Of a stretch of DNA of 44,138 nucleotides, positions 1-10,007 are shown piece by piece (the first letter of the stretch is position 1; every line of letters begins with the position of its first letter). The DNA is from Bdellovibrionota bacterium (lineage in GTDB: Bacteria > Bdellovibrionota > UBA2394). The position numbers and the translations under genes were made by a program. The notes below the pieces were generated by a model. It saw only the letters and a program-made list of their open reading frames with translations. It had not been told where the DNA came from and did no database searches. The stretch is taken from NCBI GenBank assembly GCA_049436045.1, contig JBMTHG010000003.1, forward strand, positions 1 to 44,138, in the 5' to 3' direction.

Positions 1-287
1 ACTGTCGCCGCAGCGGCAGCCAGAGGCGCTGCATGTGGAGCCTCATCTTGAACTTTTGTTTTTCTTTTAAGCAGAGAAAGGCCTTTCATCATTCCCGCTT
101 GAAGAAGGCTTGGCCACTTTGGAATATATAAATTGATCAAAAAAGCAGCCAAGGCCAGAGCATTCAGAACGATCATGATCCAAATGCTAATCGTCCAGAA
201 ACTCTCTAAACTTTCTTTGGGCATCACAGCGGGTGCACGTTTGGTCACAAATTCAGAAGAAGCTGTAATGAGAAGCCCAAACACCAC
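1..287 (-). CDS. Partial membrane protein, runs off the left edge (not in the ORF track)
   Basis: Open frame from GTG at 287 or 284: VVFGLLITASSEFVTKRAPAVMPKESLESFWTISIWIMIVLNALALAAFLINLYIPKW..., with one clear hydrophobic segment. Preceded by TTGCCA-18-TAGTCT on the minus strand. Confidence 0.6.
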   Translation of the reverse strand, partial: MVFGLLITASSEFVTKRAPAVMPKESLESFWTISIWIMIVLNALALAAFLINLYIPKWPSLLQAGMMKGLSLLKRKTKVQDEAPHAAPLAAAAAT

Positions 288-387
288 TATAAGACTAGGT
301 TACCTTGTTCGGGGCTGGCAAGAAAGAGGCTTTAAATCGTCTATAAAATAATCTCACTTTTTTTGGCGTATTTTTGTATAACAGCCT

Positions 388-1848
388 ATGACCACAGCCG
401 ATATTCCGCTCTCATTGACCTTTGATGACGTATTGCTAGTGCCTCAAGCGAGTGATTGTTTGCCCTCGCAGGTGAATCTTCAAACAAAAATTTCTAGGCA
501 GTTTGAGCTGCGCATTCCGTTGATATCAGCCGCCATGGATACGGTGACTGAATCGAAAATGGCCATTCGATGTGCGCAAGAAGGTGGCTTGGGTGTGATT
601 CATAGAAATTTATCGCCAGATCGACAGGCCGCTGAAGTTCATCGGGTGAAAAAGTTTGAAAGTGGAATGGTCGTGAATCCAATCACGATTGGACCCAATG
701 AGACCTTGTTAGAGGCTCGAAAGATTATGGATCAGCATCATATTTCTGGGCTTCCGGTTGTGGAGTCTGAGAAATGTGTGGGAATTATTACCAATCGCGA
801 TTTGCGATTTGTAGAAGACATGAGGCAACTCGTTTCAAGTCGAATGACAACTCAACTCATCACGATCGAAGAAGGAGCGAGCGCTCAAAAATCGAGAGAC
901 CTCCTAGGCAAACATCGAATTGAAAAACTTTTAGTTGTGGATTCATCGGGGCGATTGAAGGGCTTGATCACGATCAAAGACATCGAGAAAACCGCAAAAT
1001 ATCCAAATGCCACCAAAGATGAGCGAGGAAGCTTGCGCGTGGGCGCGGCCATCGGAACGGCTGCGGATTTTGAAGAGCGAGCGGAGAAGCTCTCTCGCTC
1101 AGGTGTCGATGCTCTCTTTTTAGACACGGCTCATGCACATTCAAAATCTGTTCTCGAAGTTTTAAAGCTATTAAAGAAAAATTATTCTCATATCGCTGTT
1201 GTCGCCGGAAATGTGGCGACGGCTGAAGGGGCAAAAGCTTTGATTGATGCCGGAGCAGATGCCATCAAAGTGGGTGTCGGCCCGGGAAGTATTTGCACGA
1301 CTCGCGTGGTGGCCGGAATCGGTGTTCCGCAACTTTCAGCGATTATGAATTGTCGAAAAATTTGCGAAGAGGCGGGTGTCGCGATGATCGGCGATGGAGG
1401 CATCAAATATTCTGGTGATGTGGTCAAGGCCTTGGCTGCGGGAGCTCAAGCCGTGATGATCGGCTCGTTGCTGGCGGGCACAGACGAAAGCCCGGGAGAT
1501 ATTATTCTCTATCAAGGGCGATCTTATAAAGAGCACCGTGGCATGGGTAGTATTGAGGCCATGCGAGAGGGCTCTCGAGATCGATATTTTCAAGCTGACA
1601 ATTTAGAAGCCGAAAAGTTAGTGCCCGAGGGGATCGTGGGGCGAGTTCCTTATCGCGGCAGCGTTTCGTCGGTGATTTTTCAGCTCATGGGCGGTGTGAG
1701 ATCGGGTATGGGATATTGTGGAGCTCGAGATATTTCTGAGCTTCAGAAAAAAGCAAAATTTGTTCGAATCACGGCGGCGGGCTTGCGTGAATCTCATGCT
1801 CACGATGTGATTGTGACAAAAGAAGCGCCGAACTATCAGTTAGTTTAA
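388..1848 (+). CDS. guaB: IMP dehydrogenase
   Basis: [20 protein letters not shown] pair, catalytic [10 protein letters not shown]-terminal KEAPNY. Confidence 0.99.
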   Translation: MTTADIPLSLTFDDVLLVPQASDCLPSQVNLQTKISRQFELRIPLISAAMDTVTESKMAIRCAQEGGLGVIHRNLSPDRQAAEVHRVKKFESGMVVNPITIGPNETLLEARKIMDQHHISGLPVVESEKCVGIITNRDLRFVEDMRQLVSSRMTTQLITIEEGASAQKSRDLLGKHRIEKLLVVDSSGRLKGLITIKDIEKTAKYPNATKDERGSLRVGAAIGTAADFEERAEKLSRSGVDALFLDTAHAHSKSVLEVLKLLKKNYSHIAVVAGNVATAEGAKALIDAGADAIKVGVGPGSICTTRVVAGIGVPQLSAIMNCRKICEEAGVAMIGDGGIKYSGDVVKALAAGAQAVMIGSLLAGTDESPGDIILYQGRSYKEHRGMGSIEAMREGSRDRYFQADNLEAEKLVPEGIVGRVPYRGSVSSVIFQLMGGVRSGMGYCGARDISELQKKAKFVRITAAGLRESHAHDVIVTKEAPNYQLV

Positions 1849-1851
1849 TTC

Positions 1852-3393
1852 ATGGAAGCTTGTTGGATCATCGATTTTGGCAGTCAATACACTCAGTTGA
1901 TTGCGCGAAAACTTCGTGAGCTGGGAGTTTTTAGTGAAGTTCTTTCACACGAAAAGTTTAAATCGATTTCTTCGATCGATAAAAACGTTCGAGCTTTGAT
2001 TTTATCGGGGGGGCCGGCAAGCGTTTTAGACGCTCACGAAGAGACAGACTTTCCCTGGAAGAAAATTGAGATTCCGGTTTTGGGAATTTGCTATGGAATG
2101 CAACTGATGGCTAAAAGTTTTGGCGGCCAGGTGAAGTCAGGTTTAGCCAGAGAGTATGGAGTTCACGAGATTCGTTTTGAAAACTCTCGTTTGGCGACTC
2201 AAACTCAATCGACGAAGACTCAAGCCACAAAAGTTTTGATGTCGCACGGTGATCATGTGGAAGAAGTGCCTTCTGATTTTTTTGTCACCGCGCGCTCTGA
2301 ATCTGGAGTGATCGCTGCCATGGAGCATGCATCAAAGCCTTGGTTTGGATTTCAGTTTCACCCTGAAGTTCATCATACGGAACTTGGCACGAGCTTTTTA
2401 AAAAAGTTTTTAGAGCTGTCGGGATTTCAGTTTGATTGGAAGCCCCAGCATATTTTTGATGAGATCCGCGAGGAGCTTCAGAGAAAATTTCCAGAGGGTA
2501 AAATTTTGTGCGCTTTAAGTGGTGGGGTTGATTCGACTGTTTTGGCAGTTCTTTTGAATAAGATTTTTCCCGAGCGCGTGCTTTGTTTTTGTGTCGATAC
2601 GGGCCTACTCAGAAAAGATGAGATTAAAAATTTGCGGCAAATGTTTGAAGATGAGTTTCATTTTCCGATTGAGATCATCGATGCGAGTTAAAGATTTTTA
2701 TCGGCTTTAAGTGGAGTAGAAGACCCAGAAGAAAAGCGAAGGCGAATCGGTCATTTGTTTATTGATATCTTTCGAGAAGAGAGCCGTGCTCATGCAGACT
2801 TTCAATATTTGGCGCAGGGCACTTTGTATCCCGATGTCATTGAAAGCACGAGTGCGCATGGTGGGGCGACGGCCAAGATCAAGAGCCATCATAATGTCGG
2901 GGGCTTGCCTTCGGATCTCTCATTTGAATTGGTGGAGCCTTTTCGAATGCTCTTTAAAGATGAAGTCAGACGACTCGGTGAGTTTTTGGGAATTTCAAAA
3001 TCTTTTGTTTTGAGACAGCCCTTTCCTGGGCCGGGCTTGGCGGTGCGCGTGGTGGGTGAGGTGACTCGTGACAGACTTGCGAAGCTTCGAGAGGCAGACT
3101 GGCATCTTCAAGAAATTTTAAAAGCTCGTGGGCTCTATCAGAATTTATGGCAGTCTTTTTGTGTATATCTGCCGTTAAAATCGGTGGGTGTGATGGGAGA
3201 CGCCAGAACTTATGAGGAATGCATTGGCGTTCGATGTATTGAATCTGAAGACGGAATGACGGCGCATGTCGCAGACATTCCTGGTCCTGTGCTTCACGAG
3301 ATTTCGACTCGAATCATCAACTCTGTCTCAGGAATTAACCGAGTGGTTTATGATATTTCGTCAAAACCTCCTGCCACCATCGAGTGGGAGTGA
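1852..3393 (+). pseudogene. guaA: GMP synthase interrupted by a single in-frame TAA at 2689-2691 (real nonsense mutation or base-call error)
   Basis: DFGSQYTQLIAR, GICYGMQ, FHPEV and SGGVDS lie before the stop. The same frame continues [16 protein letters not shown]...[11 protein letters not shown]...KSHHNVGG...KPPATIEWE. Confidence 0.93.
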
Positions 3394-3394
3394 T
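3376..3394 (+). repeat. Left att-like repeat (guaA 3' end)
   Basis: ACCATCGAGTGGGAGTGAT matches 8766-8784 at 16/19 positions. Confidence 0.75.
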
Positions 3395-3747
3395 TCAAGT
3401 TGAGCGCGCATTTATAAATATTCATGTGGTTTAGTTAAAACGAATTTTTCTGTAACTATAGATGAGGGCGAAGAAGAATGCCGAGAGCGGCGTTCACTTG
3501 ATGCCTCAGCAGAGCTGGTCTGTAACCCTTTGTTATGAGCAAGGGTCGTCGACCGAATACTTTTCTGCAACCTAGGAGGATAATTTTGCATACTTCAGTG
3601 CATAATCGAAGTCCAAAAGAAACGTGCTGTTCAGTCTCTTAACAAATCGATAGTATAGGGCTGAAATTTGATCAAGGAAGATGAGAAATGAAATGTTATG
3701 GCGAATGGAAAGCTAGAAAGTTTTTTTATTAAAGGGCGAGAAAGATA

Positions 3748-4023
3748 ATGAATATTGAACAAGCAAAAAAAATAGTTATTCAAGCCATATCCGAGGCACT
3801 CGAAGGTAAAGTGGCGATTTCGGAAGAGATGGAGCTAATTGGTGGAGAGTCCTTATTGGATTCAATGAAATTAGTTGAAGTTTGCCTTGCTTTGGAAGAC
3901 TTGGCTGATGAGCATGGGTTTGAATTCGATTGGACCTCGGAGGCCGCTATGTCTAAATCTCGCAGCATGTTCCGAAGTGTTGCGGCTCTTGCTGAAGAGT
4001 TTGCAAGTCAATCGGAGGGCTAA
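3748..4023 (+). CDS. Acyl carrier protein (accessory type)
   Basis: 91 aa, acidic, LLDSMKLV phosphopantetheine attachment motif. Confidence 0.88.
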   Translation: MNIEQAKKIVIQAISEALEGKVAISEEMELIGGESLLDSMKLVEVCLALEDLADEHGFEFDWTSEAAMSKSRSMFRSVAALAEEFASQSEG

Positions 4024-4701
4024 GTGATTATTGTAACTGGTGCGAGTCGAGGACTAGGGAAAGCAATTTCTGAGCGGTTAATGAATAAAGGTGAGGAAGT
4101 TATTGGCCTAGTCAGATCGCCAGACGGCCTAAACATTGCCGCTATTGAATGTGACATAAGCGAGTACTCCTCGGTTAAAATGGCTGCTCGCGAAGTTAAG
4201 AAAATGAAGAAGCCCATCAAAGCATTTATCAATGTCGCTGGTGTTGCATCAATGAATATGGCTGTCACTACTAATGAATCGACTGTTCAGAAGCTGATTC
4301 AAACGAACCTCGTTGGAACCATCTATTGTTGTCAGCTTTTCGCACCATTAATGATACGTCAGAAGCACGGCAGTTTTATAAACTTTTCAACTATAGCTGT
4401 TGCACTAGCCTTAAAGGGTGAATCTGTTTATGCGGCTTCAAAGGCGGGTGTTGAATCATTTTCCCGTACGTTTGCAAGAGAAATGGCTGACTTTAACATT
4501 AGAGTGAACTGCATTGCACCAGGGCCCATACGTACAGACCTTTTAAGAGGTATAACGGATTCACAGATTGAAAAGATAACGTCTCAGCAAGTGATTTCAA
4601 GACAATTCCAAAAGTCAGATGTCTGTGATTTGGTCGAGCTGTTAATCGATGAACGAGCGGCCTCGTTAAGTGGGCAAGTGCTCAATGTTGGTGGTGTTTG
4701 A
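4024..4701 (+). CDS. SDR family oxidoreductase, FabG-like
   Basis: TGASRGLG, NVAG, YAASK, NCIAPG. Confidence 0.93.
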   Translation: MIIVTGASRGLGKAISERLMNKGEEVIGLVRSPDGLNIAAIECDISEYSSVKMAAREVKKMKKPIKAFINVAGVASMNMAVTTNESTVQKLIQTNLVGTIYCCQLFAPLMIRQKHGSFINFSTIAVALALKGESVYAASKAGVESFSRTFAREMADFNIRVNCIAPGPIRTDLLRGITDSQIEKITSQQVISRQFQKSDVCDLVELLIDERAASLSGQVLNVGGV

Positions 4702-5996
4702 TGAAATTGATAGATAAGCTTAAAGAGCGTTGGAACGAAATTGATTATCCATTTTTAGTTCACTCAACAGGTTCTTTACGATTCAGTGAGATAGCAGATC
4801 AAGAATCTGTAGATTTATCTGAAGTAAAGAGCGGTGATGTTGTAGCTCTTATCGGAGATTTTGATCCTCAATCAATTTTAACGTTATTGGAACTCATAGA
4901 TAAAAATGTGATTCTTGTACCCCTTACCCTAGGCACTCGATCACAACATGAATATTTTTTTGAATCAGCATTGGTTGATGTGGTGATTGAAGGTGGTTCG
5001 GTTAGGCGCTTACGGCATAATAATAAACATGAGTTTATTGATAAATTGCGCTCAGACAAACATGCTGGCTTAGTGTTATTTTCAACAGGTACTACAGGTA
5101 GGCCAAAAGCCATTTTGCATGACTTAACTCTGTTTATGCGGCGCTTTGAAACTCCGCGTCCCACCCTAAAAACGATAAACTTTTTATTGTTTGATCATAT
5201 CGGCGGTCTGAATACATTGTTTCATACTTTATTTAACAAGGGCACGGTTGTAGCGCCTAAGTCTCGGAGTGTTGAAAACATCTTGGCTGCGTGTTCCGAG
5301 CACAAAGTCGAGGTGTTGCCCACAACTCCCACATTTCTTCGAATGATGTTAATGAGTGGTTTGATTCCAGATAGTGTGCCAGAGACACTGCGTATCATTA
5401 CGTATGGCACTGAGCGCATGGATCAACCCACACTCGATGCGCTATGTGAATTGCTTCCGAATGTAGATTTTAGGCAAACCTTTGGAATGTCTGAGCTGGG
5501 CATAGTTCGTGTCAAAAGCGAACAGCGAAACAGTCTGTTTATGAAAGTGGGTGGTGAGGGTGTTGAAACAAGAGTTGTAGATAATGTGCTTGAGATCCGT
5601 TCGCAGACGCGAATGCTAGGTTATCTAAATGCAGAAAGTCCTTTTGATAGCGATGGTTGGTATAACACTAAGGATGTTGTAGAGGTAAAAGGTGACTACT
5701 ACAAAGTCACTGGACGTGTCAGTGATGTTATTAATGTTGGTGGACTTAAGTTCATGGCTAGTGAAGTTGAACGTGTTGCGCTCACCTTTCCTAATGTCTC
5801 ACTAGTCAAAGCTATACCTAAGCAGAACCCAATTACTGGGCAGCATGTAGAGTTGCTTGTTCAGCCGACTAGTGAAGACGATATTGAGAAAGAAGCATTG
5901 TTGGCTTTTCTTAAAGAACGATTACAGCCGCACATGGTTCCAAAAAGAATTCGTGTTGAGAGTGTTGCTGTTGGACATAGATTTAAAAAGGCTTAA
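4701..5996 (+). CDS. AMP-binding acyl-CoA/acyl-ACP ligase (ANL superfamily)
   Basis: FSTGTTGRPK P-loop, FGMSE, GWYNTKD, GRVSDVINVGG. The start overlaps the SDR stop (TGATG). Confidence 0.9.
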   Translation: MKLIDKLKERWNEIDYPFLVHSTGSLRFSEIADQESVDLSEVKSGDVVALIGDFDPQSILTLLELIDKNVILVPLTLGTRSQHEYFFESALVDVVIEGGSVRRLRHNNKHEFIDKLRSDKHAGLVLFSTGTTGRPKAILHDLTLFMRRFETPRPTLKTINFLLFDHIGGLNTLFHTLFNKGTVVAPKSRSVENILAACSEHKVEVLPTTPTFLRMMLMSGLIPDSVPETLRIITYGTERMDQPTLDALCELLPNVDFRQTFGMSELGIVRVKSEQRNSLFMKVGGEGVETRVVDNVLEIRSQTRMLGYLNAESPFDSDGWYNTKDVVEVKGDYYKVTGRVSDVINVGGLKFMASEVERVALTFPNVSLVKAIPKQNPITGQHVELLVQPTSEDDIEKEALLAFLKERLQPHMVPKRIRVESVAVGHRFKKA

Positions 5997-5998
5997 TT

Positions 5999-6583
5999 AT
6001 GATTAGTTTTCATGAAGTTACAGCTGATGATGCTGAGCGTATTCTGCGATGGCGTATGTCTCATCGTGTCACTAAGTTTATGAACACTGATGTTGAATTT
6101 AATCTCGACAATCAGCGGCAATGGCTGGAATCAGCTTATCAGAAAACACATTATTATCACTGGATCATTAAGATTGAAGGTAAGCCAGCTGGGTTGATTA
6201 ACGTGTGCGATTACGACCCAGTCAATAAGACATCTTCTTGGGGTTTTTACATCGGTGATGATGACTTAGTAGGTTACGGCGCATTCATACCACCGATGCT
6301 TTATAATTTTTTGTTTTATCAACTTGAGGTTGAGAACATTCAAGTTGAAGTCTTTTATAACAACCTTAGTGTGATAGGACTTCATCAACTTCATGGCTAT
6401 AAATTTTTGCCAAGTAAGGATCGTGTCATAGATAAAAATGGTCGAGAGATTCTACTCGTTGCCATGAATCTATCATCAGCTGATTGGGCAGGTAATAAAC
6501 GATTTAAGAAGCAGATTGCTGAGTTCCCAACAAGTATGTGGGAATCCAAACCTATTCATCTAAAAAATATAGTCGCAGACTAA
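5999..6583 (+). CDS. pseH: PseH-like GNAT N-acyltransferase
   Basis: ILRWR...KFMNTD...QRQW, WGFYIG and N..VIGLHQLHG resemble the PseH family. It lies near pseC and pseG. Confidence 0.7.
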   Translation: MISFHEVTADDAERILRWRMSHRVTKFMNTDVEFNLDNQRQWLESAYQKTHYYHWIIKIEGKPAGLINVCDYDPVNKTSSWGFYIGDDDLVGYGAFIPPMLYNFLFYQLEVENIQVEVFYNNLSVIGLHQLHGYKFLPSKDRVIDKNGREILLVAMNLSSADWAGNKRFKKQIAEFPTSMWESKPIHLKNIVAD

Positions 6584-6592
6584 TCTTTTCTT

Positions 6593-6940
6593 ATGATTTT
6601 TTCACTTGAAAAAATTTGTGACAACGATGTTCATATTAACGTTTTGTATGGCTTGTTAAATTCGAGAATTCACAAAATAAGTCACAAGAATATTCCATCA
6701 TTAGAAGAGCATAGCAATTTTGTTAGGAATCATCCTTATAGAGCTTGGCTTCTTGTGCAGGTTTTGGATGAAGAATTTGAGCCGTTGCCTGAGTTAAAGT
6801 CAATGAGAGCCGCACAATTCTCTATCAATGTAGCTCCTAGCAATATCAATTTAATTGAGGCTTTAGAGCAATATGGTTGTAAATGCTCACAAATTAGCTT
6901 CTTCCTTAAGTGTAGTAACCCAACGCACATATGCCGCTAA
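6593..6940 (+). CDS. Short GNAT-like hypothetical protein, possibly internally deleted
   Basis: LYGLL...ISH..IPSLEEH..FV.NHPYRAW and INVAPSN motifs, which I recall from nonulosonic acid cluster proteins. Short for a full GNAT fold. Confidence 0.5.
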   Translation: MIFSLEKICDNDVHINVLYGLLNSRIHKISHKNIPSLEEHSNFVRNHPYRAWLLVQVLDEEFEPLPELKSMRAAQFSINVAPSNINLIEALEQYGCKCSQISFFLKCSNPTHICR

Positions 6941-7215
6941 AAAAACAACCGTTTAATGCTGACTAGATAGAGATATACGACGAAGGAGTTGTGTATAAGC
7001 GCGGCGAGTATTGGCAAATGCGTATGTGGTTAGGCAAAGAAAAGAAAGACGCACGGTTTAGCTTACGCACACGCAATAGAGATGCAGCAATAGATAAAGC
7101 GAAAAAGGTTTATCACGAGCTATTGGCATTAGCTGGACACAGCAATAAGGCGACTACACAACGCTACATTGACTTGCGTCCAGCAGTTATTAAAGCTGCG
7201 GTTGAGTTAGTTTGA
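6931..7215 (+). pseudogene. Tyrosine integrase remnant (N-terminal arm-binding segment fused to the C-terminal catalytic tail)
   Basis: MPLKKQPFNAD*IEIYDEGVVYKRGEYWQMRMWL...SLRTRNRDAAIDKAK joined directly to box II LAGHSNKATTQRY. In-frame TAG at 6964-6966, core domain missing. Confidence 0.8.
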
Positions 7216-8535
7216 TTAGATTGCCAAATAGTTCAAAAAAGCTTGCGCTTTCCTGTTTAACGTATTTGGTAATCTGCGAGTATTGTATTGAGAGCCAACT
7301 TCAGCATTGTTCCAATGGTAAACATTTGTCAAAAGTCCAAATAAGTATCTGGCGTCAATGAATATTTGGCTATGTGGAGTAGGTAGAGTGGATGTGCTAT
7401 CCATAAAGGCGATATTGTTAGAAGCTTTTTTATTGGCATTTATGATGGCACATTGGTCATTGGGAAGATTGAAGCAAAAATAATAATCTTCTTCACATTC
7501 AGATTTAGTTATCGCATTACGCGTGGCGGAAACCAGTAATCTTTTTAGCGGCAGTTGGGATATCTCTTGTTCAGAAATGAGGCGTTCATAATCCATTTTC
7601 TTATTCTTTATTTCGTCAATACACTTTTGTATACCAACCTCGTCGTATTTCTTAGTTCTAATACCGATAGGTTTTAGTGTGCTTGTATTGATTTCTCCTC
7701 CATTGTCTGCCAGAACAACAGCATTACTATCAAACTCTAAAACTTCAACTGGGTCTGCTACACCTCTTACAGCATTTAAATGTGTAAGTTTCCCTCCTAA
7801 CACATATTTGCCAGCGAATGGAATATTTACCTTCGCATCCATTTTGTGAATAAGTGTTTTATATCTTTCAAAAAAAGATTTTTTCTTTTTCTCTGCCTCT
7901 GAATATAGATTGTTATCTGTTGCATCAAAATAAGTTTGCGGATACGAGCCAGCCCCCGTGTAACCGCAAAGTAAAATATCAACTTCCCCAGCAGCATCCT
8001 TTAAGGTTTGCCTCATCGGTTCATCAAAAATAATATCATTAGCGTTTACAAGACAATGCGTTTTATTTGTTGTCTTGTATTTGATAACTATTGCTGAATC
8101 TATGTCTGACAAGCTGCCAGTGCGATGTGGAATAATTTGTAACTCAGTATTGCCTATGGTTAGTGGCTCTTTAAGTATCGTTGCTTCAATACCGTCTGCT
8201 CGCATCTTTCCTGCCAAATGGTTGGGGTTATGGTCTGCGATTAGAATCTTTTTAAAGCCATATTTTTCAAAATAACTTTTAAGAAAATCACTATCGTAAT
8301 GATCTGGATGGATGTGGGAAATATAGATATAGTCAACATCACCAATACTATTTAGAGGATTATTTATTTTTGGATACTGATACCAACTTCCATCATATAT
8401 TCCCTCGGTAAACCAAGGGTCGTGAAGTATTACTAAATCGGGTGTTTGGGTAATGACGCAAGCAGAGTAAATATAGCGAACGTTTATAGAATCAGAGGTG
8501 TGATTTGTATCTTGCGTAAGTTTAGTCATTACCAT
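7216..8535 (-). CDS. Metallo-beta-lactamase-fold protein, CMP-Neu5Ac hydroxylase/UlaG-like, without a Rieske domain
   Basis: DPWF..G.Y.GSW, YIYISHIHPDH (HxHxDH), IDSA, NAND, IPFAG. Confidence 0.8.
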   Translation of the reverse strand: MVMTKLTQDTNHTSDSINVRYIYSACVITQTPDLVILHDPWFTEGIYDGSWYQYPKINNPLNSIGDVDYIYISHIHPDHYDSDFLKSYFEKYGFKKILIADHNPNHLAGKMRADGIEATILKEPLTIGNTELQIIPHRTGSLSDIDSAIVIKYKTTNKTHCLVNANDIIFDEPMRQTLKDAAGEVDILLCGYTGAGSYPQTYFDATDNNLYSEAEKKKKSFFERYKTLIHKMDAKVNIPFAGKYVLGGKLTHLNAVRGVADPVEVLEFDSNAVVLADNGGEINTSTLKPIGIRTKKYDEVGIQKCIDEIKNKKMDYERLISEQEISQLPLKRLLVSATRNAITKSECEEDYYFCFNLPNDQCAIINANKKASNNIAFMDSTSTLPTPHSQIFIDARYLFGLLTNVYHWNNAEVGSQYNTRRLPNTLNRKAQAFLNYLAI

Positions 8536-8689
8536 TCCAAAAAGTTGTCGTAACCTCTTTCATTTTACGTCTACGTCAAAGCTTTGAGAAGCGTTTTTGC
8601 TTTTTGTCGCGCACCATATAAACATAAGCGTGTAAAATCAAATCAGCGAAACAACTTCCGAAGAGTAGAGTGGTTAAACACGCAATGGT

Positions 8690-8711
8690 AAAGTTATACA
8701 AAAGTTACACA
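8690..8711 (+). repeat. Tandem 11-bp repeat, candidate integrase arm-type binding sites
   Basis: AAAGTTATACA AAAGTTACACA about 55 bp inside the right att. An inverted TGTAACT copy lies at 3451, about 57 bp inside the left att. Confidence 0.5.
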
Positions 8712-8765
8712 GCAGACTTAGGCTGCGTTGTAACCCTTAAAAATGCTAGATTTTCAGCCAACGTT

Positions 8766-8784
8766 ACTATTGAGTTGGAGTGAT
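8766..8784 (+). repeat. Right att-like repeat
   Basis: ACTATTGAGTTGGAGTGAT, which reads T-I-E-L-E-stop versus T-I-E-W-E-stop in guaA. Confidence 0.75.
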
Positions 8785-8851
8785 GTGATTTGGGCTTCAA
8801 AAATTTTCTTGTGGTCTAATTGAAAGGCTTAAGAGAAAATCTTTTTAACTT

Positions 8852-10000
8852 ATGATTCCCTATGGTCGTCAAGAAATTCTAGATGAAGATATTGAAGCTG
8901 TGATTCAGGTTTTAAAATCTGATTTTCTCACGCAGGGGCCTGCCGTTCCTCGCTTCGAAGAAGCGATCAAAAAAGTGACTCATGCCAAATATGCCATCGC
9001 GATGAATAGTGCGACCTCAGCTCTTCATGCCGCTTGTGCCGCTCTCGATTTGAAAGAAGGCGATTGGCTTTGGACTTCGCCAAATACTTTCGTGGCCTCT
9101 GCCAATTGCGCAAGATACTGCGGTGCTCAAGTTGATTTTGTTGACATTGATTCAAAAACTGCAAATTTGTGTGTCAACCAACTGGAAAATAAACTCAAAG
9201 AGGCCAAGGCTAAAAATCGTTTGCCTAAAATTCTTATTCCGGTTCATCTTTCTGGGCTCTCCTGCGATATGGAAGGGATCGCTCGTCTTACGCAAGCTTA
9301 CGGCATCAAAATTATTGAAGATGCTTCACACGCGATCGGAGCAAGTTATCGCGAGCGACCTGTGGGCTCTTGTGACTTTAGCGACATCGTTGTTTTTAGT
9401 TTTCACCCTGTAAAGATCGTGACCACGGGTGAGGGCGGCGCTGCCGTCACGAATGATGCGAGTTTAGCCGCTCGCATGGCTCGATTTCGAACTCACGGCA
9501 TCACACGTGATCCCTCTGAAATGAGTCGCGAGCCCGATGGCCCCTGGTATTACGAGCAAATTGATTTGGGCTGGAATTATCGAATGACTGACATTCAGGC
9601 GGCTCTTGGCGTTTCTCAAATGCAACGCTTAGAAAAATATGTTCATCGTCGAAATGAATTGGCAAAGCGATACGATCAACTCTTGAAGGAACTTCCCATT
9701 CAAAGGCCCATTCTTCCGACGGACTCTTTGTCTTCATTTCATCTCTATGTCGTTCGAGTGAGTTCTAAAAATCATCGAAAAATTTTTGAGGGCCTGCGCT
9801 CTCGAGGAATTGGAGTGAACTTGCACTATATTCCGGTTCACTTTCATCCTTATTATCAAAGTTTAGGATTTAAGAAGGGCCAGTTTCCTGAGGCCGAGCG
9901 ATATTATTCAGAGGCCATCAGTCTGCCTTTGTTTGCACAAATGACAGAGAGTGAACAAGATCAGGTCGTGGCCGCTCTAAAGTCAGAATTGGAAACCTAA
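8852..10000 (+). CDS. pseC: UDP-4-amino-4,6-dideoxy-N-acetyl-beta-L-altrosamine transaminase
   Basis: MIPYGRQ..FLTQGP, NSATSALH, EDASHA, FSFHPVKIVTTGEGG, PWYYEQ..LGWNYRMTDIQAALG. Confidence 0.95.
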   Translation: MIPYGRQEILDEDIEAVIQVLKSDFLTQGPAVPRFEEAIKKVTHAKYAIAMNSATSALHAACAALDLKEGDWLWTSPNTFVASANCARYCGAQVDFVDIDSKTANLCVNQLENKLKEAKAKNRLPKILIPVHLSGLSCDMEGIARLTQAYGIKIIEDASHAIGASYRERPVGSCDFSDIVVFSFHPVKIVTTGEGGAAVTNDASLAARMARFRTHGITRDPSEMSREPDGPWYYEQIDLGWNYRMTDIQAALGVSQMQRLEKYVHRRNELAKRYDQLLKELPIQRPILPTDSLSSFHLYVVRVSSKNHRKIFEGLRSRGIGVNLHYIPVHFHPYYQSLGFKKGQFPEAERYYSEAISLPLFAQMTESEQDQVVAALKSELET

Positions 10001-10007
10001 GAAAGTT

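Larger units (their letters stand above)
3376..8784. mobile_element. Decayed genomic island integrated at the guaA 3' end
   Basis: Flanking imperfect direct repeat of the guaA terminus, internal tyrosine integrase remnant, and visibly AT-richer sequence with a different codon style from the flanks. Confidence 0.8.

Noticed and set aside
133-351. 72-aa plus-strand ORF
   Set aside because: Shadow of a more plausible minus-strand membrane protein gene and its promoter
2689-2691. Genetic code reassignment or programmed readthrough of TAA
   Set aside because: TAA terminates many intact genes here (guaB, acpP, nusB, ino1), and no other conserved gene has an internal TAA
3748-5996. NRPS/PKS secondary metabolite cluster
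   Set aside because: No ketosynthase, condensation or thioesterase domain. The context points to sugar acylation.
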